Origin: Carcharhinus amblyrhynchos
Taxonomy: Eukaryota
Length of the DNA stretch: 64,000 nt
Direction: 5' to 3'
Assembly (NCBI GenBank): GCA_965287045.1
Contig: OZ336873.1
Span: 96,348,001 to 96,412,000, forward strand
Numbering within the stretch: position 1 is the first letter of the stretch; each line of letters starts with the position of its first letter. The notes beneath the pieces were generated by a model that did not search any database, had not been told where the DNA came from, and was given only the letters and a program-made list of their open reading frames with translations. The position numbers and the translations under genes were made by a program. Below, in pieces: positions 12,640 to 25,909 of the stretch.

Positions 12640-13820
12640 TCTCTTTTTGACATAAATTAATGACCTCGATATACAGGACCTAATTCCAAAGTCTGCAGGT
12701 GATATAAAACTCAATCATTGTGCAACGTTAAGATTAGTAACATTTCAGGATGACATAGCTAGATTAGTAAAATGGCAGGCAGAGCACATTAAATTTGATA
12801 TAGAAAAGTTTTTTTTGTAGAAAGTACGAGGACAAGCACTGCGAATGAAATAGCATGATTTTAAAGGGGGTTCAGGAACAGAGAGATGTGAGGTGGCACA
12901 GTGGTTAGCACCACTGCCTCAGTGCCAGGGACCAGGGTTTGATTCGGGTCTTGGGCAACAGTGTGAAATTTGCATGTTCTCCCTGTGTCTGCATGGATTT
13001 CCTCTGAGTGCTCTGTTTTCTTTCCACAGTCCAAAGATGTGCCAGTTAGGTGGATTGGTCATGCTAAATTGCCCATTATTGACCAAAGGTGTGTAGATTA
13101 TGTGGATTAGCCATGGTAAATGCACAGGAATACATGAATAGGACAAGTGGGTGGGCCTGGGAAAGATGCTGTTTCAAAGAGTCAGTGCAGACTCAATGGG
13201 CTGAATGGTCTCCTTCTGCAGTGTAGGGATTCTATTGTTCTATGGGATGTATGTACACAGGTCTTTAAAAATGACAGGCAAGTTGAAAACATTGTTAAAA
13301 GGCTTGTGGGGTTCTTGGTTTTACAAATAGAAACATAGAGAACAAAATCAAACTTATATGAAACACCAATTAAACCCCAACAGGAATTCTGTGACCATTT
13401 CAGGCCACTGCACTTTACGAAGGATATCAAGGCCTCCAAGAGTGTGCCGAGGAGATTTACCAGAATAGTACCAAAAAGCTTCAGTTCATGGAGTGTATAG
13501 AGAAACTGTGTTCATTCTCCTTAGAACAGAGGAAGTGAAGGTGAGATCTGACAGACTGTTAAAGTCATGATAGCTTTTGACAAATAAGGAGAATCGCTTC
13601 TCGGTGGATGAAGGACCAGTGAGCATCTGACACAGATTTAAGAAGTAAAAAGAGGTCATGATTGGGATACACCACCTAGAAGGAATGGTGAAAACAATTT
13701 CAATAATAACTTGAAAAAGAAAAACTGCCAGACTTTGCGGAAAAAGCAGGAGAACGGGACTAATTGGATGGCTCTTTCAAAGGCATAATGGATCGAATGG
13801 CCTTTCCTTCTGTGCTCATT
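12640..13820 (+). mobile_element. Degenerate CR1 LINE, 3' part (continuation of 6780-8135)
   Basis: Decayed INDL..KFADD-like codons, aggagatttaccagaat (RRFTR), and 3' UTR gatcgaatggcctttccttctgtgc. Confidence 0.8.
12892..13244 (+). mobile_element. HE1-type SINE
   Basis: ggtggcacagtggttagcaccactgcctc head, V-domain, and gactcaatgggctgaatgg...gggattctat tail. Confidence 0.92.
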
Positions 13821-16800
13821 GAATGAATTAGATAGAAGGATTTAATCCAATGCCTACTTCATGCTTAGCAAATCTCAGCTGGCACAGCAATGGGACACCA
13901 CAAATGATCTTAGTGTACTTGAAGTAAGTAGGAGGCAGTGGGGGAAGTGAGTAAAAAAGGATGAAACCAAGTGAGTTTCACATTCCTCTTCACTGTTCAA
14001 CAGTCCCTAGTGAAAGAGTATGCTTGTGAAAATGAACATGAGGTGCAGAGAGCAATTTGGCTTGTCTTCCCTGGTCAGTCAAATAGTCTATTAAAAGAAG
14101 TGGAATATATTTAATAATAGACAAAGAGATTAATTGAATTGCAGCTATATTGATAGGTACTGTATATACATCAACAAGGGAGTAGCTGCTGTTTTCTGAT
14201 AGCCTTTGGCCCTTTTGTAAGAATAGCTTGGTAAACACCCTAAAAGGGGTATCATTGCTGTTTGGCAAATGAACCTACTCAGTTCTGGAAGAGCAGAGCA
14301 GCTTTTTCATTGTCATGACAATGCCAAGTGCAAGTGATGTAATATTGGTTACAGGAGTAAATTACATGCTTACGAGGATGTCTTTGTGTTGAATAACTTA
14401 AACCAAATTGTAAAGCTTTTGCTAACATTGTTACAGAAGTGATGTTGTTCCTTTAAGTTCAGTTTTATAAAAAAAATTGTAAGAGTAGGACAAGTGATTT
14501 GGTGTGACATGACATCCCGTGACAAATCCCGTGAATTTCTACACTTGCCATGTGTACCGTGATTTTCTGCCTGAGCATTGTAATTTTGCTTACAGTTCTT
14601 GGAGACCGTGAAAATAACAGTTTTTAAGTGAATCTCAGCATTTATAAATCACTTGCCCTCGACAAGCTGTCGGTTAAGGGGGACAGAGGTAGAGCAGTTG
14701 GGGTGTAATAGGATGAGGATGGGTACACAGTCTGAAATAACAATTGCTTTTCAGTTATTTAAGAGAGCATTATGATGTAGGAGTAAATAGTAAAAACTAA
14801 GTCTTGAGAATCTGCCTGGAAAATGCTCTTTAAAGAAATTTCTGTCGTTGTGGTAATGAGTGTAGTTACAGGTTGTTCCTCAAACTCAGGAATTGAATTT
14901 TCAGTATTTAATTCCAAATATGTAGTTTGTTAACCCATTACAATACTACAATGCTTACTGAAAGGTTACATCTGGCTTATTAGCTCATTTAAGAGTTGAA
15001 GTAATTATTTGATCTTGACCCACATGACTCAATTGTCTGCCCAACGCTTTGGGATCCTTACTGTTATTCATTTTATTATTTTTTTAATTTTCTGAAGTTG
15101 ACTTAAAACGTTTTGTGAATACCTCAAGAAGGCGTAAGTATGCTGGAATAGTGTGGGGTACAGACATAGGCTTACAAACACACCTACTTGGTACAGATAG
15201 AATTAATGGATTTTATAGATGTGTCATAGGCTATTTTCCATTTTCCTCAGTAGTAGTAAGCAGTTCCAGCTTGATGGTCAGAAATATATGGGTGTAAATA
15301 ATAGCTGTAAGAATAGCAGTTTGCCATTATCTGTTATTTGCTTCTGAAACACTGTAGAATGTTGGGTTTAAGTTTAGGAGCATTTAAGTAGAAATCTGCC
15401 TTTTTGAACTGGTAAAATATTTGAAGATAATATTAATAGTGAACCCACATCCTAGGTATTCAAAGTGTTTGATTTTTTTGTTGACTGCTAACAATTTTAA
15501 GTTTGTAAAGTTCCACTAATGTCCATGAAGGTCTTAACCCTCTTGCACTTTCTGGAACCAAACTTCCTATCTCAGCTTAATGGAGCTGCATTGCGTCCCA
15601 TGGCTTCACCTCAAGGGAGACAGTTACTAACAATCACACATGTTATATTGTCAATTGCAGCCCATCACCAAGCCATACATATCACCACTGTATGTTAAAA
15701 TGGGTGAATGTCCATTCACAACAGATTTCTTGTGATACAATGGTTTAGCACAAACACTGGTGATAACTCTTCCTATTCAGAAGCCCTCCCGCACTGGGGA
15801 AAATAGTTTCAATTAGCATCACCTGCTCTCAATTCACTGTGAAGTTAGTCCTGATTAAGTCTTAAAGGGACCTGCATTCCTAACACTGACAGATTCACTT
15901 TATTAGGAAAAGAAAAAATATTTTTAATACATAAAAGTGAAATTTTAAAAAATGGTTTCAGATTCTCTGCTGTTACGTAGTACATTCTCCTAAAACTTCA
16001 ACAAATTTTCCATTGAGGCATTCCTCTTAGAGAAGAAACAATCCAATAGTGGAGGACTAGTATCTACCCACCTTCACCTAGAAGTTTCTTCCCTCTCTGA
16101 CATCGGCTATGTCTATCCTAAGCCTTTTCTCATTTAAACTTTTTGGCGAGTGTCCAATATCCAACAAAGGTAGTGATTTCTGTAACATTCTATTGGTGTT
16201 GTTCTTTGCTGTTTTTAAACACAGCATTTCTTCCAAGATCTTAGACAACAGGACACCATATCAACAGCATTAACGAGAGCAGGAGTTCCAGTGTCTAATA
16301 TGCTGTTCACTGTTCTATGTTTTTTTTTGCCTCCCATTCTGGAGGACAACTTTCCTTATTCTCTCCCACAAGAAATATCCCAAAACTCCCTGCACTGGAA
16401 AATCCATCGCCAAAGTTTTCATGCAATGCATCACTAAAAAATATTAAATTTCATGCTTTTGGGATCATCCAAAACTGGGAACTTCAGCATACTCTGCTTA
16501 AAAAAGTTTTATTCTTTCTCAAGCATCCTGCACTTCGGATCTTTTGTGACAAGGCTATTTTCCAACACATCAAAACTTGCATCTGGCTTTGTTCGAGTGC
16601 CTAACCAATTGAGCTGTCTGACAAGATTCCTCAGCTGTTCTCTCTCATCTTTGGTAGCAGCCGCATCTCTGTCTGGATCTGGCATGGCCAATTGTAATGG
16701 AGCTTGTGATTGTCCAATTAGGAGTGTTGATGCAAAATTACATCTGACTCACCTTGCTTAATCTCCGAACCCAAATATGTGAAAGCCCTAGAAGCTTCAC

Positions 16801-17719
16801 TGCCAGTTATAAATTTCTTCCTAATTTGGTTAATAATATTCTCTTCAAAGTTATAATTTTCTCCCACAAAAAAAATCATCTACATGCACCATGAAGATGC
16901 CCACAAGTTTTTCCCTACATTGACAACAGCACATAGCTGGGACCACCTTTAGCCGTGAACACTAACTTCAACAGAACTGCCCTTAGTGGAAAAACCCCAA
17001 AGCTGAGAAGTGCCATTTAATCCCATACACACATTTATTCAATTTCCAGAGTTTCCCTTCTATTCCCAGTGCTTCCTTCAGCGGATGTAAAAATACTTCC
17101 CTCTTGAGCAGGTTATCTTGAAGGAAAGCAGCTTTTTGATATATGTAGATTTACACTTCCAAAATATATGTGGTCAAAATGGCTAAAGAAAATCTTCCAA
17201 ATTATCTTTCCAATAGTCGGAGAGTATACTCGGATCTCTCTATCCCTCCCAAGCATTCCTAGCAATGAACCTAGCCTTGGCTTTATAGGTCCTGTCTGAT
17301 AGGAATTTTTCTGCACAAATTTATTTGTGTGTCAGAGCAGGTTGACCTTCTATTGTCAACTCTGAATATACCCAGAATTCTTTCCAGGTTTGTAACTTAG
17401 TTTACTCTCACATCACCCTATCTTCTAACCTATTCACAGTTGTCAACACCTTTTGATCATGGGGGCTCCTGCTTCTGCCTGAGAAGGCTCTTCATTTCCT
17501 ATTCTGTACAATTACCTCATCAAGCTGCAGCCTCTTTTCCCTTGACCTCTGTGGAATACTCCAATTGGAATGTCTTTTGGAGATTCTTCTCCTATATGAC
17601 ATGTTTTCCTCTTTCGAATCGTTTCTCCCTAATTGGTATTCAAACTTGAGCTACATTTTTTTACTCTCCGCACTTGCACTCCCTTCTACCAATCCATGTC
17701 TCTCACCTCTTGTCTCTCA

Positions 17720-18028
17720 TCATAGAATCATAGAATGCTACAGTGCAGAGGGAGGCTATTCGGCCCATCAAGTCTGCACCAACTACAATCCCACCCAGCC
17801 CCTATTCCCGTAACCTCACATATTTACCCTGCTAATTCCCCTGACATTAGGGTCAATTTAGCGTGGCCACTCAACCTAACCCACATATCTTTGGACTGTG
17901 GGAGGAAACCAGAGCACCCAGAGGAAACGGAGAGAATATGAAAACTCCACACAGACAGTGACACGAGGCCGTAAGTGAACCTGGCTCCCTGACGCTGTGA
18001 GCCAGCAGTACTAACCACTGTGCCGCCC
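17720..18028 (-). mobile_element. HE1-type SINE nested in the Copia element
   Basis: tcatagaatcatagaa tail through to ctaaccactgtgccgccc head. Confidence 0.92.
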
Positions 18029-18075
18029 TCCCCCCTCCCCCCCAGCACGTCAGCACACCACTCGTCGCATCCCAT

Positions 18076-18224
18076 TTACACCTCATCCGAGAGATGACAC
18101 CTCTGACAATGCAGCACTCTCTCAATGCTGTGTAGAGTTAAGCCTGGAGTTTTGCACTCAAATCCTCTGGAGTGGGAATTGAAGACAACTTTCTGGCATG
18201 GGGACCAGAGAGCTGCCAACTGAA
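18076..18224 (-). mobile_element. DeuSINE (SacSINE1-like) 5' fragment
   Basis: cctcatccgagagatgacacctctgacaatgcagcactctctc...ctggagtggga matches the copies at 21860, 23985, 50195 and 54150. Confidence 0.7.
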
Positions 18225-19262
18225 TCTTGCTGTATCTCATCTTTTCTAGATGCTCTTTCTCATCATGCTCTTTATCCTCAATTCTGCCATCTTTTAGTAG
18301 TAGCTTTAACTTTTGTGATAAAGGATTGGCAAACTGTTTATGCAATTTCAATATAGTTATCTTCTCCTTGTTAGCCAGACTGTTGTCTCCAGAGGTCAAC
18401 AATACTTCTTGAACATTTCTAAGGAACCTCTCAGCTTCCTTAACAGTAATCAACAATATCCAGATTCAGTGACCTACAAGTTCACTGCTTCACCAAAGAC
18501 AAATGCTTTGTCACTCTCCATGTCCAAATGCCTCTTTGCTTTTCTCAATCAAGGAAGAACTCAGCAATACCTGTACGTCACTCTGAACCACGTTGTGCTG
18601 ATGAAACGGTGAACTCCTGCAATTTCACATGGGAGAACAATTCTCTTTAAAGATGTTAATGTATTAATGTCCCCAGATCAAAAGCAGATAGTGCTTTTAT
18701 TTTCCTTGACTCTTTATCTACTTTGTCAAAGGTTCACCAATAACGATTTAGCTAACCTACCCCACACTGTTGAAATACAGCCATTATCTGATACAGGATA
18801 ATTTAATGAATCGATAACCAAGATACTCACAGTTAAGTTTTTGTCACATCTCCATCTCATTTTTCCATTGTTGGTATGGCTCCAATTCCAAAAAGACTGG
18901 TGGGTAATCATAGTTTGGAATCCTACAAGATGACTCAACCATTTCACCTCAAAGTCACCAGGAGTTTTGCTTCTGCCAGAAACAGGGATTACTTTCTGAT
19001 TTCCTTATCTTCCCACCTGAAGAGATGGAGGTCAGTCCTCTGCTACCATGTTAAAACGGGTGAAAGTCCATTCATTAAATTAGGTAGCAGGGGACTTCCA
19101 GTGATTCACAAGTTCTATTACAATATGATGATTCAGCACAAACACTGGTTTCCCTATCTAGAAGCTTTCCCCACTGGAGCGTAACCCATCACTTAAATAT
19201 TAATTTCAGTGATCATCACCTGCTCTCAATTCACTGTGAAGATGGTGTTGGTTGAGTCTTAA

Positions 19263-19397
19263 AGAACAAAGAACAGAGAAGTACAGCACAGAAGCAGGCC
19301 CTTCGGCCCTGCAAGCCTATGCCAATCATGTTACCCTAACTAAATTGAAAAAACTTTCTGTCCTTACTTGGTCCCTATGCCTCCATTCCCTTCCTAT
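19263..19397 (-). mobile_element. Short CR1 3'-tail insertion inside the Copia 5' LTR
   Basis: agaacaaagaacagagaagtacagcacagaagcaggcccttcggccc; absent from the other LTR. Confidence 0.85.
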
Positions 19398-20451
19398 AGG
19401 GGCCTGTATTTCTAACATTGACACTGTGGCTGTAAATTCATAGCCATGAATTTTGATGCCTCAGGATCATTCTAGGTGTCACCAACATTAATCAGTTTGC
19501 AGTTCATTGCCACATCAGGCAGGTCACAAATACCCTCTTCAGTAAGCACAACCATTAGATTACCTTTTCAAGGAGGAAGCAACACAAAAGGAAACAACTC
19601 TGAGCAGAATTGCAGGGCATTTTTGATGTACTGATATAGTCTTGTGTGTTCCATACGAAGACCTGAGATCTTTTTTAATGGAAAGCACTACGACTCCTTG
19701 GATATCCAATTGCAATGTGGACATATGCAGCATATCATGCAGGTCTGTGCCAAGTATTCCCAAAAATAGTCATGACGTCTTTATTCTGTGCCAGCTGTCA
19801 ACCTTCCCTCCCCTTTCTACCCAGATTATTGAATGTCAAGCTGGCTGTTTGAGAAATAGGAATGCCTTGATTGTTGGGCTCTTGACTCTTGTCACAAGCA
19901 CAGATGCTGAGGAGTGCCCCAATGAAAGCTGTGCCTCAACCAAAGCTTGATTAAGAAAAAGATTGGCATCTTGACTTTTTCTTTTGCCTGGCTAGATCTG
20001 GAGACATCCTTTAGGACAGTGGAATCAACTACTAATAGTGCAGGAGATGGATGCTTGGTGGCCCTCATATTATTTGCTCCCTATCAATTTCTGCTGCAAA
20101 GAAGGAACTGTGTCGATGGGAAGCCTAGCAAAAGGATTAAATATAAAAATAGAACAATATTGTTGTTATGTGAAAGATGGCAGAGTTTGGGGAATGGAGA
20201 GTAATAATTATGATAGCAGGAGAACAAGGAAGTTGGGTGAAGACTGCTGGTGTGACTGGAGAAAACTGATTGGAAGGGGACTGGGAAGATGTGTGAGTGC
20301 TGGGAGCCATAGGTAGGGGCGGGCTAAGCAGAGAGTAAGAGGGACGTGAGTGTAGGTCTTGTCTTAGTAGTTCAAGTCAGTTTATTATTTTCCTGTCATT
20401 GCAGCCAGGGCCTCATTTTTGTTCTCCACTGACGTAATTGTTCTACCACCT

Positions 20452-20725
20452 AAAAGTAAAATTTATTTATTAGTCACAAGTAAGGCTTACATTTAACTGT
20501 AATAGGTTACTGTGAAATTCCCCTAGTCGCTACACTCCAGCGCCTGTTCGGGTCAATGCACCTAACCAGCGTGTCTTTCAGACCATGGGAGGAAACTGGA
20601 GCACCTGGAGGAAACCCTCACAGACACTGGAGAAAGTGCAAACTCCACACAGTCAGTGACCCAAGCTGGGAATCGAACCTGGGTCCCTGGCATTGTGAGG
20701 TTGACCACTATGCCACCGTGCCGCC
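20452..20725 (-). mobile_element. tRNA-derived V-SINE, second subfamily (aataaataaa-type tail)
   Basis: Same head and V-domain as the HE1-type copies but a different 3' module (tagggg..tttcacagtaac..tacttgtgactaataaataaa). Confidence 0.9.
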
Positions 20726-20828
20726 ACCTCTGCCTTCTGGAGGCCTTCTCCCTTCAGCTAGAAGAACAGCTCCTCCTCTTTGCTACCACCTTCCCAGCAG
20801 CATTTTTTAGGCATTCCAATGGCAGCAG

Positions 20829-21550
20829 ACATAAGAACATAAGAAATAGGAGCAGGAGGAGGCCATCTAGCCCTTCGAGCCTGCCCCGCCATTCAATAAG
20901 ATCATGGCTGATCTGAAGTGGATCGGTTCCACTTTCCCGCTTTCTCCCCATAATCCTTAATTCCCCTGTCTATCAGAAACCTATCTACCCGTGACTTAAA
21001 TATATTTAGCGAGGTAGCCTCCACGACTTCAACGGGCAGAGAATTCCAGAGATTCACCACCCTTTGAGTGAAGAAGTTCCTCCTCAACTCTGATCTAAAC
21101 TGCACCCCCCGCCCCTTATCTTGAGGCTGTGCCCTCGAGTCCTGCTATCCTTTCTAAGCGGGAAGAATCTCTCTAACTCTACCCTATCCATCCCCTTCAT
21201 TATCTTATACGTCTCTATAAGATACCCCCTCATCCTTCTAAACTCCAACGAGTACAGACCCAGTCTATTTAGTCTCTCTTCATAGTCCAACCCCCTCATC
21301 TCCGGTATCAGCCTAGTGAACCTCCTCTGCGCTCCCTCCAAGGCCAAAATATCCTTGCGCAAGTGCGGCGACCAAAACTGCACACAGTACTCCAGCTGCG
21401 GCCTCACCAGTACCCTGTACAGTTGCAGCAAGACCTCCCTACTTTTATATTCTATCCCTCTCGCTATAAAGGCCAACATTCCATTCGCCTTCTTGATCAC
21501 CTGCTGCACCTGCAGACTGGGTTTTTGTGACTCATGCACAAGGACCCCCA
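20829..21550 (-). mobile_element. Young 5'-truncated CR1 LINE
   Basis: ORF 21084..21539 (KKANGMLAFI..VRPQLEYCVQFWSP) and 20902..21105 (FFTQRVVNLWNSLP). Tail acataagaacataagaa. Many CpGs retained. cagaca at both ends is a possible TSD. Confidence 0.95.
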
Positions 21551-21859
21551 GACAAAGTGCACTCTGTCTTTAACAGGTGCGGGCTGTGTTTGAATGGTGC
21601 TCTTTCCAAATCAGCAAGCTGCATGAGTCTTGCTAGCATTTCAATAAGCATAATCAAATGAGGAGCAGACTCCTAATATTTTTATGTGTGTCTTGTTGAC
21701 ATATTGAGCTCCTGTTCTGATTGTGAGCTTATCTTGCTGGAACTTCACATCCAGTCTCGTGATTTGTGATCTTGGGCACTATAAAATTTTGCTTCATGTA
21801 GGCAATTCGCTCAGAAACAAAATTATCTGCAAACTACACCTATGTAGAAAGAATACCTC

Positions 21860-22150
21860 AAAATCTAGACCGACCTTCCAGTGCTGTACTGAGGGAATGC
21901 TCCACTACTGGAAGTGCAGTCTTTCAGATGAGGTGTTAAACAGAGGACTGTATGTCCTTTCAGGGGATGTAAAGGACCTTATGACATTGTTTCAAAGAAG
22001 ATCAGGAGAATTCTGTCCGGTGTTCTGGTTAATATTTATCCCTTAACCAGTATTATTGAAGATAATGATCTGGTCATTTATCTCATCACTATTTGTGGAC
22101 CTTACGTATAAATTGGCTGTTGTAATCCTTGCATTACTACAGTGGTTAGG
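21860..22150 (+). mobile_element. DeuSINE (SacSINE1-like) relic
   Basis: gtactgagggaatgctcc...ggatgtaaaggaccttatgacattgtttcaaagaagatcaggagaattctgtccggtgttctggttaatatttatccc resembles the Deu domain. Confidence 0.75.
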
Positions 22151-23389
22151 TTTCACTGACACAAAGATTTTGAGACATAATCTTATCATGAAACTAACTA
22201 TAAAAATGAGAATTATTTTTCTAATGTCAGTGACAGTTCTTTTTCTGATTGAGAATAAAATAGGGCTTTTTGAGTTGGTTGATTTCTCTGACTCAGGGAG
22301 CCTGATTTGAATATTTTCAATAATTGCTGTATTGACAGTGGCCCAATTATTAAACCAGAGGGCTGGGTCTCATTTCTGAGGATTGGGTGTGTGATTAACA
22401 TTTTTTCTATGCAAGTCCAGAATAACTGAACAACAGGTTTCTAGAGAGGGAGAAATCAAGCACAGGTGCAAAGACTCCTAACACTCATATAGTTTACTGG
22501 ATTAGGATAAATGTATATAATAATAAGAAATGGAAAGAATATGGTGCTTATAGTAAGACATTTGCTAAATCTCTTTTTAGAAACACCTGATACAATTATG
22601 TAACTTCATTCCAATGTATTACCACATTTTGCCATTTTGACAAATAATAATACAAGGTTATGTTTCAACAAATAAAAAGCAAAGTTTTCTCAAATGGATA
22701 ATATTTTTCCTAAAGAAATGTGTTAAAAACACTAATTGTTTAAGCATTTACCACATACACATCACACAAAGAACTACAGTCTTTATTGCTCCGAATGGCC
22801 AGTGCTATCTTGAACTAGCTGTTGGAGATTTCTCTTTTCATCTCCTCCCTTTTTCACTTGGGGTGTGCTTAGCTGCTATTCACTCTCTCCTTCCTGATGG
22901 TGAGCCGAGGTCAGGAATTCCCTCATTTGGGAATTGCAGGGGGTGAACCAATATCTTGCTGTGGCACAGCAGCCTGGAGCTCCACACTGCAACACTGCAG
23001 TTTTATATTTCTCAAGTAATAACCCTTTGTTTCTCAGATGTGTTGTGTGCTTTGTAATCAGAATGAAATTGTGAGAAATCAACCTCAATAAATCTATATA
23101 TATATGCATATACTGTATATACAAAGACTGATAAAAATGGAACAAGAATTTAATTCAGAAAAATAAAAAAGGAAAAGCAATTCAATAGAAAACCAGGTTG
23201 TGAGATGTTAAAAAAGGCAGCTAACAATATTTATGTGGTCCTCTTTGATATGATTGGTTGAAATTATGCAACTGCATCACAGGTCACAGCTGCCATTATT
23301 AATCTTGCTATCCTGATAAAAAGATGAAAAGAACGTGGAATGGATTCCTGTACAAATTTTTCAAATACCTGTTCAAATTTTCAATACCT

Positions 23390-23680
23390 GTCACCCCTCC
23401 TGCTTATCAAGAATCTGTTGAGGTCTGCCTTAAAGGTATTCAAACTCTTCTTCCGCTGCCTTTTGAGGGAGAGAGTTCCAACCCTCTGCAAGGGAAAGAA
23501 AAAAATCCTCATCTGTCCAAAATGGGTGATCCCTTATCTTTAAAAGTGATCTCTGAAACTAGATTCTCCAAAGAGAAAATTCTCTATATTGGCCCATATC
23601 AAAGTAGCCAGAACAACTACAGTATTCTTAGAGAACTACCATGAACTGAGGCAATTGAAAACTTCCTCAACCTTGTGATT
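23390..23680 (-). mobile_element. Highly decayed CR1 3' fragment
   Basis: gccttttgagggagagagttccaaccctctgc resembles the reverse complement of the QRVV..WNSLP region. Confidence 0.55.
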
Positions 23681-23984
23681 ATATGTTAGGGAAATTGGTA
23701 AAATTGGGTAGAATTAAAAGTATCAGCCTGTTGTTAGATGTACAAGACTCACTATCTAGGTCCCAAACTGTCCCTAACCAGGAGGATATCCAGCTGAGAA
23801 AATACTGAGAGATGTATGCCATTCAGTTCTAGATAGGATAACCTAGTTGTTAATTGGATTGTCTGGAAAATTCTCAAATAAGAAACCAGCATTGACAATC
23901 TGGTTCACACAAGTGCATTTCTCTGTTTCTGTGCAACATTATGTAGAAGAAATTGAGGCTGTTCAAGTTTAAAATAATTTTTAT

Positions 23985-24385
23985 ACAAAAGAAAAAAGAA
24001 AAAGCTTGAATTGGTATAACACAGTTTATGACCTCAGGTCATCCAAGAGCTTACAGCCAATGAAGTACTGTGAAGTGTAGTCACTGTTGCAATATAGAAA
24101 ACAAAGCAGCCAATTTTTATTCAGCAATGATAATGACTCAATAGTTGGTTGAAATATTGGCCTGGACAGCAGGGAGAACTCCTTTGCTCTTCTTCACAAT
24201 AGTGTCATGGGATCTTTTACATCTACCTGAAAGCTTAGATGGGGCCCTGATGTAATATCTCACTGAAATGCAGCTTTGACATGCAGCACTCCCTGTTAGC
24301 CTGGATTATGTGCTCAAGTCTCTAGAGTGGGACTTAAACCCATAACCCGCTGACTCAGAAGTGAAAGCACTTGCCGCTAAGGCAT
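23985..24385 (-). mobile_element. DeuSINE (SacSINE1-like) relic, near full length
   Basis: aatattggcctggacagcagggagaactcctttgctcttcttcacaatagtgtcatgggatcttttacatctacctga is the reverse Deu domain; tRNA-like head gagtgggacttaaaccc. Confidence 0.8.
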
Positions 24386-24589
24386 GGTTTAAACCATAGA
24401 TGCTAAGAAGATAATTATGTATAATATTTTATGTTTTACATTGCAAAATTCAGTGAAGAGCCAATGCTCATAGCGCAGGGCACCAGCAAGGTTGAAGAGT
24501 GGAAAATGATTGTAAATTTGGATGCAGTGATGAGATAACAATAAGGTTCAGTTTCAAATGCTTTCATATTAAAGAAGGAAATTACATGA

Positions 24590-24960
24590 ACCTACAACAC
24601 AGAAACAAGCCATCCAGCCCAATCAGTGCTTATTGTTGTAGATCCATTACATACGCAGTATTCCCATTCAGTTCCCATATGTCTTTATTTCCCCTTTTGT
24701 CAACCACTTATCAAATGAATTCTTAAAATTTCATATGCGTTCATCATGAATCTGATACTGCATTCCACAATGTCACAAGACTGTATAAAAAATGTTTTTC
24801 CTGCTTTCTGCTGGTATCTTCTATTTTAATGTCCTTATTATTGACCCCTAGGGTATTTCAATTGTTTTGATCTATTCTTCCCCATATGTTCAGAATTTCA
24901 AACTCTCTGTAATCAGCCTGTAATTCTTCTAATAAAAATGGCCCCAGTTTTTCAAATCTA
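24590..24960 (-). mobile_element. Highly decayed CR1 3' fragment
   Basis: cacagaaacaagccatccagccc tail and gcattccaca motif. Confidence 0.5.
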
Positions 24961-25909
24961 AGGAGTTCTAAAATATTGAGGATACGGTGAGTTTAGAACA
25001 GAATCTGATTGCTCATTTCCAGTTGCTTGTCCATACGTAATATCGAACTTTGGCAAGCTTTTCAACTAAAGGACATCATGTGTAAGTCATATTCTTGTAG
25101 GATCTCCTGTTCTTGCACCCATGAACTTTATAAGGGGGATTCTGCATAGCAATCAAGAGTGGGAACAATTTTCACCTCCTTAGTCTAGTGCTACTATTTC
25201 ATTTGGACTATTCCTTCAGCTGCCCTGGCTGAAGTCAATAAAATTAACAAAGACCAGGAAAAAAGGACTTTCCAGTCAGTGGATCTTTGCCACTGGCAGA
25301 TTTAGGGCAAATGAGGAATCAGAAAATTGGACAACTCACACATTCACTAAATCCTTGTTAAAAATGCATCTTACCATGATTTTCTTTTGGGTTGTCTGTG
25401 CATAATTCATACATATTGGTTTTGAGCAGAAGCCTAATTAAACATACATCCAGAAAGCTAAGAAAGACCTTGCTATTTTTCCTGCTGTTTAAAAGAAGTG
25501 CTGCTTTATGTTATTTTGACCTTGTATAAACAGACATTAATAGGAAGCTGATTAAAGTCCCAGATTAAACGAACAAAATAAATTAATTTTAATGAACTTT
25601 AAAAAATTATATACAAATATATTTTAGTTAAAGTTTTGCTTTTATTTTTCTCACTTCTCTTTTCAGCTTCTAGTTTTTGAATTTTTTGCATTTGTTTTCT
25701 GGGGGAATGGTTATATAATGAGTGAAGTGGCAGAATCATTTGTTACGGAATTACAGAAAAAAAACACTACGCAAAATCTCTTCTGAAGTCTTTCAGGACA
25801 GTAAGATGCTTAAAAGATAGTATGGCCTTGCAAGTCACTTAATTGCACTAAATCCCTACAGAAAAGTGGACAGGCTTCAATTTAGGAGTCATCGTAAAAG
25901 ACAATGCTA

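Larger units (their letters stand above)
15693..19423 (-). mobile_element. Internally deleted Ty1/Copia LTR retrotransposon with both LTRs, PBS and TSD
   Basis: LTRs 15693-15891 and 19049-19423 both start tgttaaaa(t/c)gggtgaa, share catcacctgctctcaattcactgtgaag and end taaca(c/t)tgaca. Flanks ctgta/ctgtg. PBS tcctctgctacca (19036-19048) matches the tRNA-iMet 3' end. Minus-strand RT remnants LWKLNKCVYG, GIFMVHVDDFF, QLNWLGTRTKPD; protease-like SDNGCISTVWG; KLHKQFANP upstream of RT. Confidence 0.9.
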
